This document shows, in pieces, positions 27,738-42,274 of a DNA stretch of 64,000 bases. Numbering within the stretch: the stretch's first letter is position 1; every line of letters starts with the position of its first letter. Origin of the DNA: Octopus vulgaris (lineage: Eukaryota); NCBI GenBank assembly GCA_951406725.2, contig OX597835.1, forward strand, positions 26,536,001 through 26,600,000, in the 5' to 3' direction. Below the pieces are notes generated by a model, which saw nothing but the letters and a program-made list of their open reading frames with translations, did no database searches and had not been told where the DNA came from. The position numbers and the translations under genes were made by a program.

Positions 27738-27739
<2 letters not shown>

Positions 27740-28296
27740 CTTCATAACACAGTATAGGTAGAAATGCACCAGAGTCTTTAGTCATCTGTCAAGTCACAAC
27801 AACGACCTCAGACAGATAATACTTTCCTTAAGATGTGCGCCGTGCCCAAAAAGGCTGCTTTTATATTTGCAAGACATTAATCTTGCACGGGATTTCCAGT
27901 TGCCTTCAGAAGTTTTGAAGTTTCAATGGGATTGAACCCAACGATCCGATCACCACTGGTGTCACTTTATATTCCATACAGTCTTGCCATTACCACTTCC
28001 AATTCGGAGTACTTGGTGATATTGTCAATCTCTTTACGCACAACATTCTCGTCATTTTTTATGGCTACATCAATGATCTGACAGTATTTGTCTCTCTTAT
28101 TCAATACGACAATATGCGGACGACGGTGTTCGATTATACGATCCGTCTGAAAATCATAGTCCCAGAGAATCGTTACTTTTCCATCTTCCTGCAATACTTT
28201 ACTTGGTAGATGCCCATACCAGTTCTCTGTTACTTCATATTGGTATTTACGGCATTTTGCCCATATCTTCTGGCGCTTGTTATTCTTTTTGTGCAA
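27738..28296 (-). pseudogene. 5'-truncated R4/Dong-like non-LTR retrotransposon 3' end (restriction-like endonuclease domain)
   Basis: ORF 27967-28296 contains ILWDYDFQTDRIIEHRRP(H)IVV...CQIIDVA...KY, a PD-(D/E)-type REL motif. It is followed by GTAHILRKVLSV*, a short 3' UTR and a (TAA)n tail. Confidence 0.85.
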
Positions 28297-28455
28297 GGCC
28301 CTATCCTCTTATCAAAAGGGTCGAAACATAAGAGACTTTCTCATCTTCCCGAGCGTTAAACTAATATACCTATTCCTTGGTTACACACCTGTCTTCGTCT
28401 TTCGCTTTTTTGTAAATTCCAGCTATATATATATATATATTTAGAAAAAATAAGG

Positions 28456-29493
28456 TAGTTAGAAATCTGGCTGGTTGTACATTTACAGATGTTTATAAAT
28501 ATGTCACATGTTTTTATAAATTATATATAAGCGCTTGCATCTATTCTAGTAGATTCTTCAGATTCAGCGCTAATATATGATTTATAAAAACATGTGACAT
28601 ATTTATAAACATCTGTAAATGTACAACCAGCCAGATTTCTAACTAGAGGAAAAGTTCAGCGAACACCAGAACCAAATTTGGCGGGCAAGACAGATGAAAA
28701 TTTATATAAAAAACAGAATTAATTGCATACCTCGGTTTCGGCCTTTAACAAAAGAATTACTTACATAATTCAAATGTCCGTGGCCTCGTCAGTACAATCG
28801 TTCAGTGTAAATGCAATCCGAAAAACTAACCCCAGCTTTCTATGCCAAAACAGACACGTGTTTAGTTTTACCGATTACATTAGGGATAAAATTTCAAATG
28901 TCTTAGTTCCGGCGCGCTAAAAAATTCCTGAAGCGAAGAACTGCAGTAAATAATTCACTGCGGTTAGTGCTTGCTACTAGAGAACGTATTTATTTCAATA
29001 TTTAAATAATGAGGGAGATAAGTTAATATTAATTTTAATATCAATTTAAAACCAGTAGTCTAGCATGAAAAAAAATCTGAAAAATCAGAGAAAATTCTAA
29101 TACATGTGTATAATGACAGGGCAAGATTGCTAGGTAGTCGGCCACATGCTAGAATTAGATCATCAACGATCAAACTACAAAGTTCTCTAGAGGAAAAATT
29201 CAGCGAACATCAGAAGCAAATTTAGAACCTTCTTTGTAGTCTGATCGTTGATGATCTATTTCTAGCATGCGGCCGACTACCTAGCAGTCTTGCCCTGTCA
29301 ATATACACATGTATTAGAATTTTCTCTGATTTTTCAGATTTTTTGTATGCTAGACTACTGGTTTTAAATTGATATTAAAATTAATATTAATTTATCTCCC
29401 TCATTATTTAAATATTGAAATAAATACATTCTCTAGTAGCAAGCACTAACCGCAGTGAATTATTTACTGCAGTTCTTCGCTTCAGGAAATTTT
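28456..29493. mobile_element. HHR-bearing PLE/retrozyme-like unit with direct terminal repeats and two fold-backs
   Basis: Palindrome 28456-28645; 37-bp direct repeats at 28643-28679 and 29187-29223; inverted repeat 28921-29182 / 29232-29493; flanked by TA-rich tracts. Confidence 0.75.
28722..28798 (-). ncRNA. Type I hammerhead ribozyme
   Basis: Minus strand: ATTGTA-CTGACGA-GGCC...GGCC-GAAAC-CGAG-GTA-TGCAAT, with a 6-bp stem I and canonical core. Confidence 0.85.
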
Positions 29494-29531
29494 AAATATA
29501 TTTAAATATATATATATATATATATATTTAA

Positions 29532-29568
<37 letters not shown>

Positions 29569-29572
29569 CATA

Positions 29573-29733
29573 TACGACTGACTTCTATCAGTTTCGCCTA
29601 CTAAAATCCACTCACAATGCTTTGGTAGGCCTGCGAGTATAGTAAGAGACACTTGTCCAAGGTGCCGCGCAGTGGGACTGAACCCAGAACCAGGTGATTG
29701 GAAAGCAAGCTTCTTACCATACAGCCACGCCTA
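29573..29733 (-). mobile_element. SINE family A head
   Basis: Reverse complement of ggcgtggctgtatggtaagaagcttgc...ggttcagtcccactgcgcggcaccttggacaagtgtc. Confidence 0.85.
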
Positions 29734-30071
29734 TGCCTTTCTATGTAATATTTAATCTAAAGCGCATAGCATATTTTTCTATAATTTATTTTCATTTCTT
29801 TTTTTTTCTGCGAGTTCCATGCCGTCTCCTAATGGTTAGGAGAATCAATGAAGTAGAGTCTACTTCATTGATTCCTAACCATTTCTATGTCTGTGATTCT
29901 TGTAATTCTCTTATCACAGTTTCTTTACCAAATACAGTATTAGGGTTTCTTAATTAATTTTCTTCCTCATTGAGGTTACCTTCACACACACCGCCACCGC
30001 CACTTAATCCGAAACTCATTGTTACCAATATTACCATTGCTGTTGTAGTTGTTTATTGCTCTTGTTAACAT

Positions 30072-30794
<723 letters not shown>

Positions 30795-31645
30795 CAATAC
30801 TTATTCTGTCTTGTCTTCCACTTCGCGATTCTCACCAATTACCGAAGAGGAATCAGAGAGAATTAAAGCGGCTTTACTGAATTACCCTACTTCTGGCAGA
30901 AAATAAAGACAACACGCAAACAACAACAAAAACGAAACAAGAAGAAAAGTCAAAAGCAACAACATAAAAAGCAAAAAGCATAAAAAATCTCAATTTCACT
31001 TTTTTTCATCATTTTAAGTGTATTTTTACGTTTTTCTTTTTTGGTTTGTTGCTTGTGTTGTTTGTATAAACCTGTATTTAGAACTGTTTTTTTTTTTTTG
31101 TGTTTGTTTGCTTCCTGCTTCTGTCGCAGCTCTTACAAGAGTCAGATATGGCTTTGAAGATTGTGGACAACATCCTCCAACGCCACTAATGCCAACACCA
31201 GCACCACCAACAACAACAACAACAGGAAAACCAACAAGCACCAAAACAACCACGAAAATAACAACGAGAACAACGACAACAACAATCAGACAACAATATA
31301 CAAGAATAACAACGATAGCAACAACAACAACAACATCAAGCTGGTGATGACAAGATGGCGGACAGCCGAAATATACAGAAGATCTAATCTGGCCTGTGTC
31401 ATAAATTGAAAATATGTGCGTGTATATATGTTTGCAGGATTATGTGTAGGTGTGTGTATGTATGTGTATGTGTATATGAGAGTATGTATCTATTTGGTGT
31501 GTGCGTTTGAGTGTGTGTGTCTGTGTGTTGTGGGAGTGGGGAGCGAGGTAAACGAGGAATAAACATCACAGAATCATTGGATTAATATAAATATAGTTAT
31601 TTAGCTTTTGCGTGAATACTACATATATATGGTGTGTGTGTGTGT

Positions 31646-31687
<42 letters not shown>

Positions 31688-31792
31688 GTGTGTGTGTAAG
31701 TATGTTAATATGTTCATATATTTTATGATGTTTGGATTAATTCTCGTTGCAGATAAATAACACACATACATACACTAATATTTGGGTAGCTC

Positions 31793-31843
<51 letters not shown>

Positions 31844-32322
31844 GTGTGTGTGTGTGTGTTTGTGTATGTGTGTGTATGCATATATGTACTTATGTATGTA
31901 TGTACGTTTGATATCAGATATTAACGACGGGAGCAGTATTAGTATTGAATAGCAATGTTAATATCCTACTTAATGTGGTTGTAGTATATGAGCACAGTAA
32001 TACTGCGGTATTCATCTTGAGAGACCATCTCATACAGACGTTTAGCGCTTAAAAACATATCTGCGCAAGTATGTTTTCATGTATTTATATGTGTATGTAT
32101 ATTTATATATGTGTGTGAGTATTATCTATATGAACATATACATACACACACACACATATATATATGTAAGTATTTATGAATGTATGTGGATATATATATA
32201 TATATATACATACACACATATATATATATATACATATATATGCTTTCAATATGTGACCTCGTGTGTACCACTGGCGATTTTTTCCCTCTGTCTTCCCTTC
32301 TCGGGATCTTTCCTTCTCCTAT

Positions 32323-32357
32323 GTTTCCGACGAAGAGCTCCGCTCGAAACGTTAAAC
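32323..32357 (+). ncRNA. Minimal hammerhead-like motif (CCGACGA core) in a (TA)n-tailed repeat (about 32245-32470)
   Basis: GTTT-CCGACGA-A-GAGC-TCC-GCTC-GAAAC-GTT-AAAC. Confidence 0.65.
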
Positions 32358-32542
32358 CCTTCTCCTTCCCTTCTTTCCTGAGCGTCCAATAATACTTTAT
32401 TTGTTCCACGTCCTCGCGTTGTTGTGTTTTTTTGTTTTTTTGTCTTTTCTTGTTTGGATTAACTTTAACTACATATATATATACATATATATATACATAT
32501 AAATATATATATATATATACATACATATATATATATATATAA

Positions 32543-32615
<73 letters not shown>

Positions 32616-32947
32616 ATTAGGCACTTCAGTGACGTTCTATATCTCATCATTTCGGTTGTAAACTGCGAATAGGCTACCTCTATTATATATATATAATACA
32701 GGTAGCTTATTCGCAGTTTACAACCGAAATGGAGAGATAGAGATCGTCATTGAAATGCCTAAGAATACTAGTTAGCACCTGCATTGCTACAAATAACCGA
32801 CAAACCAAATCGTAGCCATTAGAAAGCACTTATCTTAGTACTAACAATGGAGGTAAACTCCCTACAGCGTTCCGGACTTAGCCAGATCACCAGGGATTTC
32901 GCATTTGATTTTGATACATATGATATATGTCTTTTGGTATATGTAGG

Positions 32948-33028
<81 letters not shown>

Positions 33029-33755
33029 GTTACCATCTTACTGCCTAAACCAGCGAACCAATCTTCACGAAACTTTGCACACATGTTAACATGTTAAACC
33101 TACATTCCGCTCAATAACAGATGAATTGGATTTCTATAAAAATCTATTATGTTCTCCATAGAGGCGTTCGGCGAATTATATGATAAAATGAGAAGGGTGC
33201 AAAAAGTATGAGTCTGAGGGAAATGTAGTAGCAGAAGTAAGTGTGAATGATATCAGGGAAGGGGAGACAGGGTTGTTTAAGTGAGAAATAGGGAGTGAAA
33301 ATGGGATGATAACGTTAATACAGCTGTCATATATACGCGACGCTGAATACATACTTTCGTAAATATATATATATAAAGTAACTTTTAAAATGCCAAGGAA
33401 GGGAGAGAAAGTGGGTATGAGGATTACGTAGCCTTACGGAGAGAGAGGGTAAGTGGCTTTTCTGCTGTCCCCCGCAAAGAAACTCACACGCATATACACA
33501 CACATACATATATACATATACATACATACATACATGCATGTTTACTATACATCATTTTAAACTCGTGTTTATCTTTGTGTACTTTTATAATTTGTGTTTG
33601 TGTGTGTGTGTGTGTGTGTGGTCCTATAACTGTGTGCCTCCTTACTTTTATTGGGTCCTCTCTGTTGCTGTCCCATAGTTTGAGATTTTAAAATTGCGAC
33701 AAAATTTTCAGATATTGTATATTAAAATAATTATAATATACATACATACATACAT

Positions 33756-33818
<63 letters not shown>

Positions 33819-33986
33819 CAAACATATACAAATATACAAATATACATATATATGTTCATATATATATATATGTATACATCTATATATGGGTCTGTGTGTA
33901 TATATATAAATATATATATGTACATATATATGTATATCTGTATATATATATATATAAATATATATATGTACATATATATGTATATC

Positions 33987-34032
<46 letters not shown>

Positions 34033-35140
34033 TGTATATATATATATCGACATAACCCCTCTCCATAACCACCTCTTGAAACATTATATACACACGATAA
34101 TTCAAAACAAACATGTCAGTTCAAATTCAGACGTGTTTTCCATTTCATAATTTTGAGTTAATTTTACTTTTAGTCGGCAGTTGTTTATTGTATACTGCTA
34201 TTCTCTCGTTGTTGTTCCATTTTCTGTTGTTTCCATAAAGATATTCTTCAGACTTGTGAACTGGTTACATCGGAGGTTTTTTAATTCACAAAAAATCTAT
34301 TTTCTTTCAAAGAAAATCCACATTAAAAAGCAATTTCCTGTATGTTTGCAAATTCGTTCTGAAATTTACACACTTGGTAATTTAATATATTCCATAATAT
34401 ATGATTCTTACCACATAAATCGAGACTTCAAAGTAGCAGCAGCTGAAAGTACAGAAATGGTTGCGGCATGCAGTCATGAATTCTGTAAACAAAACATGTA
34501 AAGGTAGGATATTTGAAAATGCAGTAAAGGTCATTGTAGAATTTGATTGGTTCTAAGAATGTTTCACTAGAATAACATATTTTGGTTATATTTTAATGTA
34601 AACGCAAAATGGCTGATGGATAACAAAACAGATGATTATTCTAAATACCTATCTACCTACATATTTATTTACCTACGTATTTACCTAGCTATCTATATAT
34701 CTATCTATCGATCGATCTACCTATCTACCACTCGATCGATCGGTTTACCTACATACCTATCTATCTATCCATCTATCTATACATCTATCTATCTATCCTT
34801 TTTTCTTTTTTTCTTTTTTTTGTTCTTTTTTCCCTTTTGATCGAAAACCTACGCCACCTTTTTATTCTTTTTTTTCTCCCCCAAAAGAAAAGCTCTACCT
34901 TGTAACTTGTCCCATCTTTGTGCAGCCCTGTGTGGCCAATAAAGAAACTTATCTATCTATCAAAATACCTATCTATCTGCCTACCTACAGCCAGCATCAG
35001 TGAAGTATATTTGGTTCTTGAGTTAACGACGCATATGTTCAAAATCACTTCATCACTGCCAGATTTTGCACCGGCGTGGATGCATTTACAGAGTTGCCAA
35101 CTATATCTGAAATAAATAAATGAATATATATATATATATT

Positions 35141-35237
35141 TGTGAAGGTGCGTGGCTTAGTGGCTATGGCATTCGGCTTACGATCGTAAGATTGTTAGTT
35201 CAATTCTCGACGACGTGCCGTGTCCTTGAGCAAGACT
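35141..35237 (+). mobile_element. SINE family D head fragment
   Basis: ggtgcgtggcttagtgg...atcgtaagatt...gtgtccttgagcaagac, homologous to 52787-53048. Confidence 0.7.
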
Positions 35238-35748
35238 TATCTATCTATCTATCGATCGATCTACCTATCTATCGATCTACCTATCTATCGATCAATTGAT
35301 CTACCTACCTACCTCCCCTAACTACCTACCTACCTACCTACCTACCTATTTATCAATCAACCTATCTGTCTATCTATCTTCTTACCTATCTATCTCAATA
35401 TATTTTCTTACGAAGTGGTAAGAGCTCCACATCCCGTGGAGGGAAAGGACATGACCATCTCTGCCGGGAGATAGCAGAGAAGAAGAAAAGAAAAAGAAGA
35501 GGACACATGTGATAAAGAATGACCCCCAACCCGCACCCACCCGGCCCCCACACGCACCCACTCTATATCAATTAAAGACAGTGGAAATTCTACATGTTTA
35601 TATGTACTAGTCTTTAACGTTGGTTCTTCTTTGAAATTGGTAACTTACATTTTTGAAATTCCATCTTTTCGATATAGGAAAAAAGATTTTAACAATGCAA
35701 AGAAAATGTGTATGCATATTGGTTAGGCATACACAACATAACCAATAT

Positions 35749-36132
35749 GGAAGCACTCCGTCGGTTACGACGATGAGGGGCTCCGGTTGATCCGAATCAA
35801 CGGAACAGCCTGCTCGTGAAATTAACGTGTAAGTGGCTGAGCACTCCACAGACACGTGCACCCTTAACGTAGTTCTCGGGGATATTCAGTGTGACACAGA
35901 GAGTGACAAGGCTGGCCCCTTGAAATACAGGTACAACAGAAACAGGAAGTAAGAGTGAGAGAAAGTTGTGGTGAAAGAGTACAGCAGGGATCACCACCAT
36001 CCCCTGTCGGAGTCTCGTGGAGCTTTTAGGTGTTTTCGCTCAATAAAAACTCACAACGCCCGGTCTGAGAATCGAAACCGCGATCCTATGACCGCGAGTC
36101 CGCTGCCCTAACCACTGGGCCATTGCGCCTCC
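35749..36132 (-). mobile_element. Full-length SINE family C with 13-bp TSD
   Basis: tRNA-like head ggaggcgcaatggcccagtggttagggcagcggactcgcgg...tttcgattctc. ACATAACCAATAT is duplicated at 35736-35748 and 36133-36145. Confidence 0.92.
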
Positions 36133-36173
36133 ACATAACCAATATATTTATTATAATAATCAATTCATGCTTT

Positions 36174-36260
36174 CTACGCGCGTTTCGGATTATTACTTAA
36201 ATCCGTATTTAAGCAATTAAATTGCATTATAAATTTGAAAAAGCAAATACCTTCATCAGG
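36174..36260 (-). ncRNA. Hammerhead motif, left member of an inverted pair
   Basis: Minus strand: C-CTGATGA-AGG...TCC-GAAAC-GCGC-GTA-G. Stem I is mostly lost. Confidence 0.55.
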
Positions 36261-36343
36261 CCAAAAAGTGACTGCTATATTTTCGCATCCTAACGGATGG
36301 AAAGTTCATTTCTTAAATATGTGAAACGAATAGCAGTCAATTT

Positions 36344-36441
36344 TTGCCCTGATGAAGGTTTAGTTTTTTTTTTCAAATTCATAATGCAATTTAACTGAAT
36401 TAATATAGATTTAAGTGATAATCTGGAAACCGCGTAGGCAA
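36344..36441 (+). ncRNA. Type I hammerhead motif with long stem II, right member of an inverted pair
   Basis: TTGCC-CTGATGA-AGGTT...AATCT-G-GAAAC-CGC-GTA-GGCAA. Confidence 0.7.
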
Positions 36442-36543
36442 CGTGAATTGACTGTTATAATAAATATATTGACTATTCTATTTATGAATTCCCATTTTCT
36501 TTGTACACACACACACACACACACCAAATGCAGAGAATCAAAA

Positions 36544-36581
36544 CTGTCCGACGAACGGGAGCGTGAAACTCTGAGTAGCAG
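36544..36581 (+). ncRNA. Minimal hammerhead-like motif (CCGACGA core)
   Basis: CTGT-CCGACGA-ACG-GGAG-CGT-GAA-ACTC-T-GAGT-A-GCAG. Same family as 60205-60242. Confidence 0.65.
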
Positions 36582-37117
36582 GTTTTTATTATTTGTGATA
36601 CTTTTGTGATGTTTTTTGCAGCCAATACAAATTACATGAATGTATATAAACAGAAGATACAAATATTACAGGCATCCCCCCCACACACACACACACTAAA
36701 TAAACATAGACGCACATAGAGATATAAGCATGCGCAAATAAAGGCATACAATAGAAATACAAAATGGCTGACGGTTAGTAAGGAGAGACACAAATAAGTG
36801 AGAAGAAAACAAAGGACCACTGATGCAGTCACAGGAGTGTGACGAAAGAACTTTGGCCGAAATAAGATTAAGATTAATGTAAAAAATAAATATCACTGAA
36901 GCAAAATAACACCAAATATATAGTGCGTGTGTTTTTATTGGCTAAACTGGTAATATGACCATTCCGAAATATAACAATATCTGTTTCAACACACGACTTC
37001 ACATAAAAAATCTTGCACAACAAATATTTAAACGTATATACAGTGAATCTTTACTATATTATCGACTGACTGCTATTTCTAGTATACAAATATTGGTGCA
37101 TTGTTGTACCACTATCC

Positions 37118-37182
<65 letters not shown>

Positions 37183-37387
37183 GTGTCTATTTCGTTTAGA
37201 TGTCGTAAACCATGTCCTTATAAATATTGATATTTGCATCGAGATGTCTTGAAATGCTCCTGGAAAAATATCCTAATTACTACTGTTCTTATATATACAG
37301 CAAATATGAAGTCAGCGAGAGTCTGTTGGCGCCCCACGGATACGTTCGTTTCAAACTGTGTATGTATGTATGTATATAAATACACTT

Positions 37388-37421
<34 letters not shown>

Positions 37422-37445
37422 GAAAGAGGCAAGCAGATAGATAGC

Positions 37446-37495
<50 letters not shown>

Positions 37496-37507
37496 TATAG
37501 GGATAGG

Positions 37508-37541
<34 letters not shown>

Positions 37542-37567
37542 TATAGATAGATAGATATATAGATAGG

Positions 37568-37651
<84 letters not shown>

Positions 37652-37860
37652 TGATAGAGAGAGATAGAGAAAGAGAGAGGGAGATATGGAGAGGGAGGGA
37701 GGTAGAAGGAGAGAGAGAGAGTGAAAGAGAGAGATGAGGGTTGTTTCACCTTTATATACACATACCTTTATGTACAAAATGGAGAGCGCAATATTTGTGT
37801 GCGCGTATGCGTCAGTGTTTCTATGTACGTGTGTGCCTTATTATTTGTGTTAATGTGTGT

Positions 37861-37906
<46 letters not shown>

Positions 37907-38617
37907 GTGTTTGTGTGTTTATTTTCAGTGAGTTTCGTCCTCCAATTACCTTTATACCGAAATTGAGGTACGGATAATAATCAGTATATTTCCCTAATGT
38001 CCAATCTGTCCAATTCGACGTAAATTTTTAACAGACGCGACTGAATTTCCCCTTGAGCTGAAAACATCGATTTCATTGATGACCGCTTTCAAAATGGCGC
38101 CGTTTCCGCTTTTATTATCTCTTATTATACAAGAGCGAAGGCGGAAGTGGTGAAAGTACACAAATTACACTCGAAACAAGCGAAAATGTAAACAAAAACC
38201 CCAGTCCACAATACATTTCTGAATTATATAAATAGGACCTTTACACACACACACTCACATACACACACACACACACATTTATATATACATATATGTATTT
38301 ATGTATTAGCATGTGTATGTATATGTATATATATGTGTGTGTGTTTGTGTGTGTGTGTGTATGTATAATGGTTTGATATAAATACATGCGTGTGTATGTG
38401 TGTTAATACTTTTACGGCCCATAAACTTACATGTTTATGAGCTGTAAAAGTATTAGCAGTAACAAATATTTAGTGTTGAAATAACTCAGGCGCTTAATTC
38501 GAATGAAATTTGTTACACGTGCTGAGCGTGTATATGTGTCTCTGTATGCATATATGTATATATGTGTGTTTATGCGTATGTATGTATGCATACATGCATG
38601 TATGTATGTTTGCATCA

Positions 38618-38664
<47 letters not shown>

Positions 38665-38884
38665 TGTATGTTAGCATGCATGTGTGTAGGTATGTATGTA
38701 TCATAGCATGCATGTATGTTTGCATGCATCTCTCTCTGTCTCTTCTCTTTTTTAATTATTATAAAACTTTCACTGAGGAGGGACCCGGTTTCCAACATAG
38801 ATACAAGGCCCCATCTTTGTGATGTACTTAACACAGACAAATTCACATTTGGAACTTGAGAAAAGTCTTGCATATTTCTTTTTT

Positions 38885-39122
38885 GTACCAGTTGCGTACT
38901 GGGGCCGATCTAATCGACCGGCCTCATCCCCCAAAATTTCTGGCCTTGTGCCTAGAGGAGAAAGCATTTCGTCTGTCTTTACGTTCTGAGATCGAATTCC
39001 CTCCAGGTCGACTTTGCCTTTCATCACTTTCAGGGCCGATAAAATAAGTACCAAATGAGTTTCATGGTCGATGTAATCGACTTGTCCCTCTCCCTGAAAT
39101 TGCTGGCCTCGTGCTAAAATCT
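38885..39122 (+). mobile_element. SINE family B fragments
   Basis: gtaccagttgcgtactgggg...ccccaaaatttc and ggtcgactttgcctttcatc motifs. Confidence 0.8.
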
Positions 39123-39204
39123 GAAATATGACATTTATTCCTAACATATCCAACAAGCACACAGCATATCCGTTTCTCTGCCTGACTCTAGTACATCTAG
39201 AACT

Positions 39205-39783
39205 TAGTCGTTCTCAACCGGGATCTATGTGATCCCTGGGGGTCGTTATTAGATTTCTAAGGCTTCATAAAGGCAAAATAGTAAGTAGGGGATTCACGGA
39301 GTACGTTAAGGATCCACGAAGAAATTGTAATTTATCTGTATTTATTGTAAGACACAGCTAGGATTTTACGTAATTCAACCCATGCAAGTGAATTTGTGAA
39401 TAACAAAATAGGTATTTTGAAAGAAGAACAGTAATACCTCGATTATCACGGGTGTTGCGTTCCAAAACACCCAGCGATGGGTGACAATCCGCGAAGTAGC
39501 TACAGTGCTGTACTGTATCGTTTTTTAAAAAATTATTTTTATAATTCGTATAGATTTATTTTATAATATATGCAAGCAACACCACGGAGGAATCGACATA
39601 TGCTTAAATAATAAACCGCGATAGGTGAACCGCGATAGGTGAAACGCGATAGGTGAACTGCGATATGGAGAGGGATTAGTGTATTTGTAAAACTAGTTTT
39701 TGAAAATCGAGAGTCTATGAGAGGAAGGATAAAATATTAATCAAATGAGATCTTAGGTAAAAAGAAATGGTAGAGAAAAACTG
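39205..39783. mobile_element. Decayed hAT-like MITE containing a nested Tigger-like MITE (39429-39681)
   Basis: Ends tagtcgttctcaacc / ggtagagaaaaactg resemble CAGTGGTTCTCAACC-type hAT termini. The inner element is homologous to 9793-10021. Confidence 0.6.
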
Positions 39784-40505
39784 ACTGATTTAGGATTGTC
39801 CAGTATCTGATGAGATCCAAACGGTTTGAACTCTGAAACCCTGAAAGCCGCCATCGTTTATTACTCGGCAGTGAATACAGCGATAGTCTATACCACCAAA
39901 TTAGACGTTGGCAACAAACAATAAGTGGAAGAGCCAGCCTGTGGGTGGAGTCGGCTTCTTACTAACATCATTAATGTTTGCTGGAGAAAGGTACAAAGAT
40001 GGCGGCTTTTGTTCGTCGCTAAATGAACTCTGAGACATTGTTCCAAAGTGGAAAATCAATAAGTTAAATCTTTTGACGACGATAATGATTGGGTATTCGG
40101 AAGAGCGCGTTCTTAGACGCTGCACTGGATCGCCTTGAGTCAGTGGTTCGTGTAGTTACTCTCTCACTCTCACTCTCACTCTAATCTCTATATCTTTCCA
40201 TTTCTCACTACCACATCCTTACTCCCTTCCTGAATCTCTCTCCCTCTCTCTTTCTGCTCTTTGTCTTTCACTATATCACTATAGCTCTCTTACTTTCTCG
40301 GCTTTACTTTGTCTGTTTCTCTCTTGGTTTCTTTCTCTTCGCTCTCTTCCCCTCTCTCTTTCTATCTATCTATCTATCTCTCTGTCTGTCTGTCTCTTCC
40401 TCTCTATATGTAGCCGTCACTGTTCATATGCGTGGCATGGTTAAGATATGTCTACCTCAAATTGGGGCTTATATGTTTCTCAGCATGTATATATGTGGTT
40501 ATATA

Positions 40506-40585
<80 letters not shown>

Positions 40586-40626
40586 TAGATACCGATATAG
40601 ATATAAGTATAGATATATAGATATCT

Positions 40627-40690
<64 letters not shown>

Positions 40691-40805
40691 ATGTATATGT
40701 GCATATTTATATGAATATATATATATATAGATAGATATATAATGCGCATATATGTATATATATATATATACACGCACACACACATATAATTAGCGTATGT
40801 GCGTG

Positions 40806-40836
<31 letters not shown>

Positions 40837-40995
40837 ATATATGCATGCATATATATTTCTATGCAAACATACATATGTATACAAATATGCAAGTATGCAT
40901 GTATACATATTCATGCGTGTATATACATATATATACATATATATATATATATACATATATACATATATATACACACATAGTCGCGTGCGCACACA

Positions 40996-41045
<50 letters not shown>

Positions 41046-41171
41046 ATGTGTGTGTGTGTATATATACATGTATATATATATTATATATAATATATTATAT
41101 ATTGGACTAATAATCACCGATTTGGAATGTACATGTATATACATATATACATTGTCACGCGCATTTTACTG

Positions 41172-41231
<60 letters not shown>

Positions 41232-41447
41232 TGTTTGCGTGTGTTTGTGTGGACATACGTTAACGTATGACCGTTTATGCGTGTATATGTACATGTGTGT
41301 GTATGAAAGAGAGGGAGAGAAAGAGAGAGAAGCATTGTTATGGATAATTACACTTCAACTCGAACTCATGTCCTTTGTATTGATTAATGATGGAAAGTGA
41401 TTCACTGAAACACGGTTCAGTTGATGTCGGCAGTATTGGAGAGAGAT

Positions 41448-41988
41448 GGTGGTGGTGGTGGCGGTGCTGGTGGTGGTGGTGGTGCTGGTGCTGGTGGTGA
41501 TAGGTAGTGGTGGTAGGTGGTGGTGCTGGTGGTAGTAGGTGGTGGTTGTGGTGGTTGTGGTGGTGGTGGTGGTGGTGGTGGTGGTAGTTGTGGCGAAGGT
41601 AGGTGGTGGTAGTGGTGGTGGTGATGGTGGCAGCGGTGGCGGTGGCACTGGTGGTGGTGGTAGTTGTGGTGGTAGTTGTGGTGGTGGTGGTGATGGTGGT
41701 AGTTGTGGTGGTGGTGTGATGGTGGTAGTTGTGGTGGTCGTGTTGATGGTGTTAGTAGTATTCGTGGTGGTGTGGTGGTTGTGGTGATAATTGTAGCAGA
41801 TTGGGGGAGGGGTGGTCGTTGTGGCAGTGGTGATGATGGTGGTGGTGGTGCTGCTGCTGCTGATGGCGACAGTAGTGGTGTTGTTGGTGGTGGTGGTTGT
41901 GGTGGTAGTGTTTGTGGTGATGATGGTGGTGGTGGTGATGGTGATGATGATGATGCTAATGATGATAAAGTCAGTGGTAAAGGTGGTA

Positions 41989-42022
<34 letters not shown>

Positions 42023-42074
42023 GATGGTGATGATGATGATGCTAATGATGATAAAGTCAGTGGTAAAGGTGGTA

Positions 42075-42108
<34 letters not shown>

Positions 42109-42239
42109 GATGGTGATGATGATGATGCTAATGATGATAAAGTCAGTGGTAAAGGTGGTATGATGATGATGATGATGATGGTGGTGGTGATGGTGATGAT
42201 GATGATGCTAATGATGATAAAGTCAGTGGTAAAGGTGGT

Positions 42240-42274
<35 letters not shown>

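Noticed and set aside
39901-40125. 74-aa minus ORF (..MSQSSFSDEQKPPSLYL..)
   Set aside because: Short, with no homology I recognise; treated as a possible regulatory island instead.
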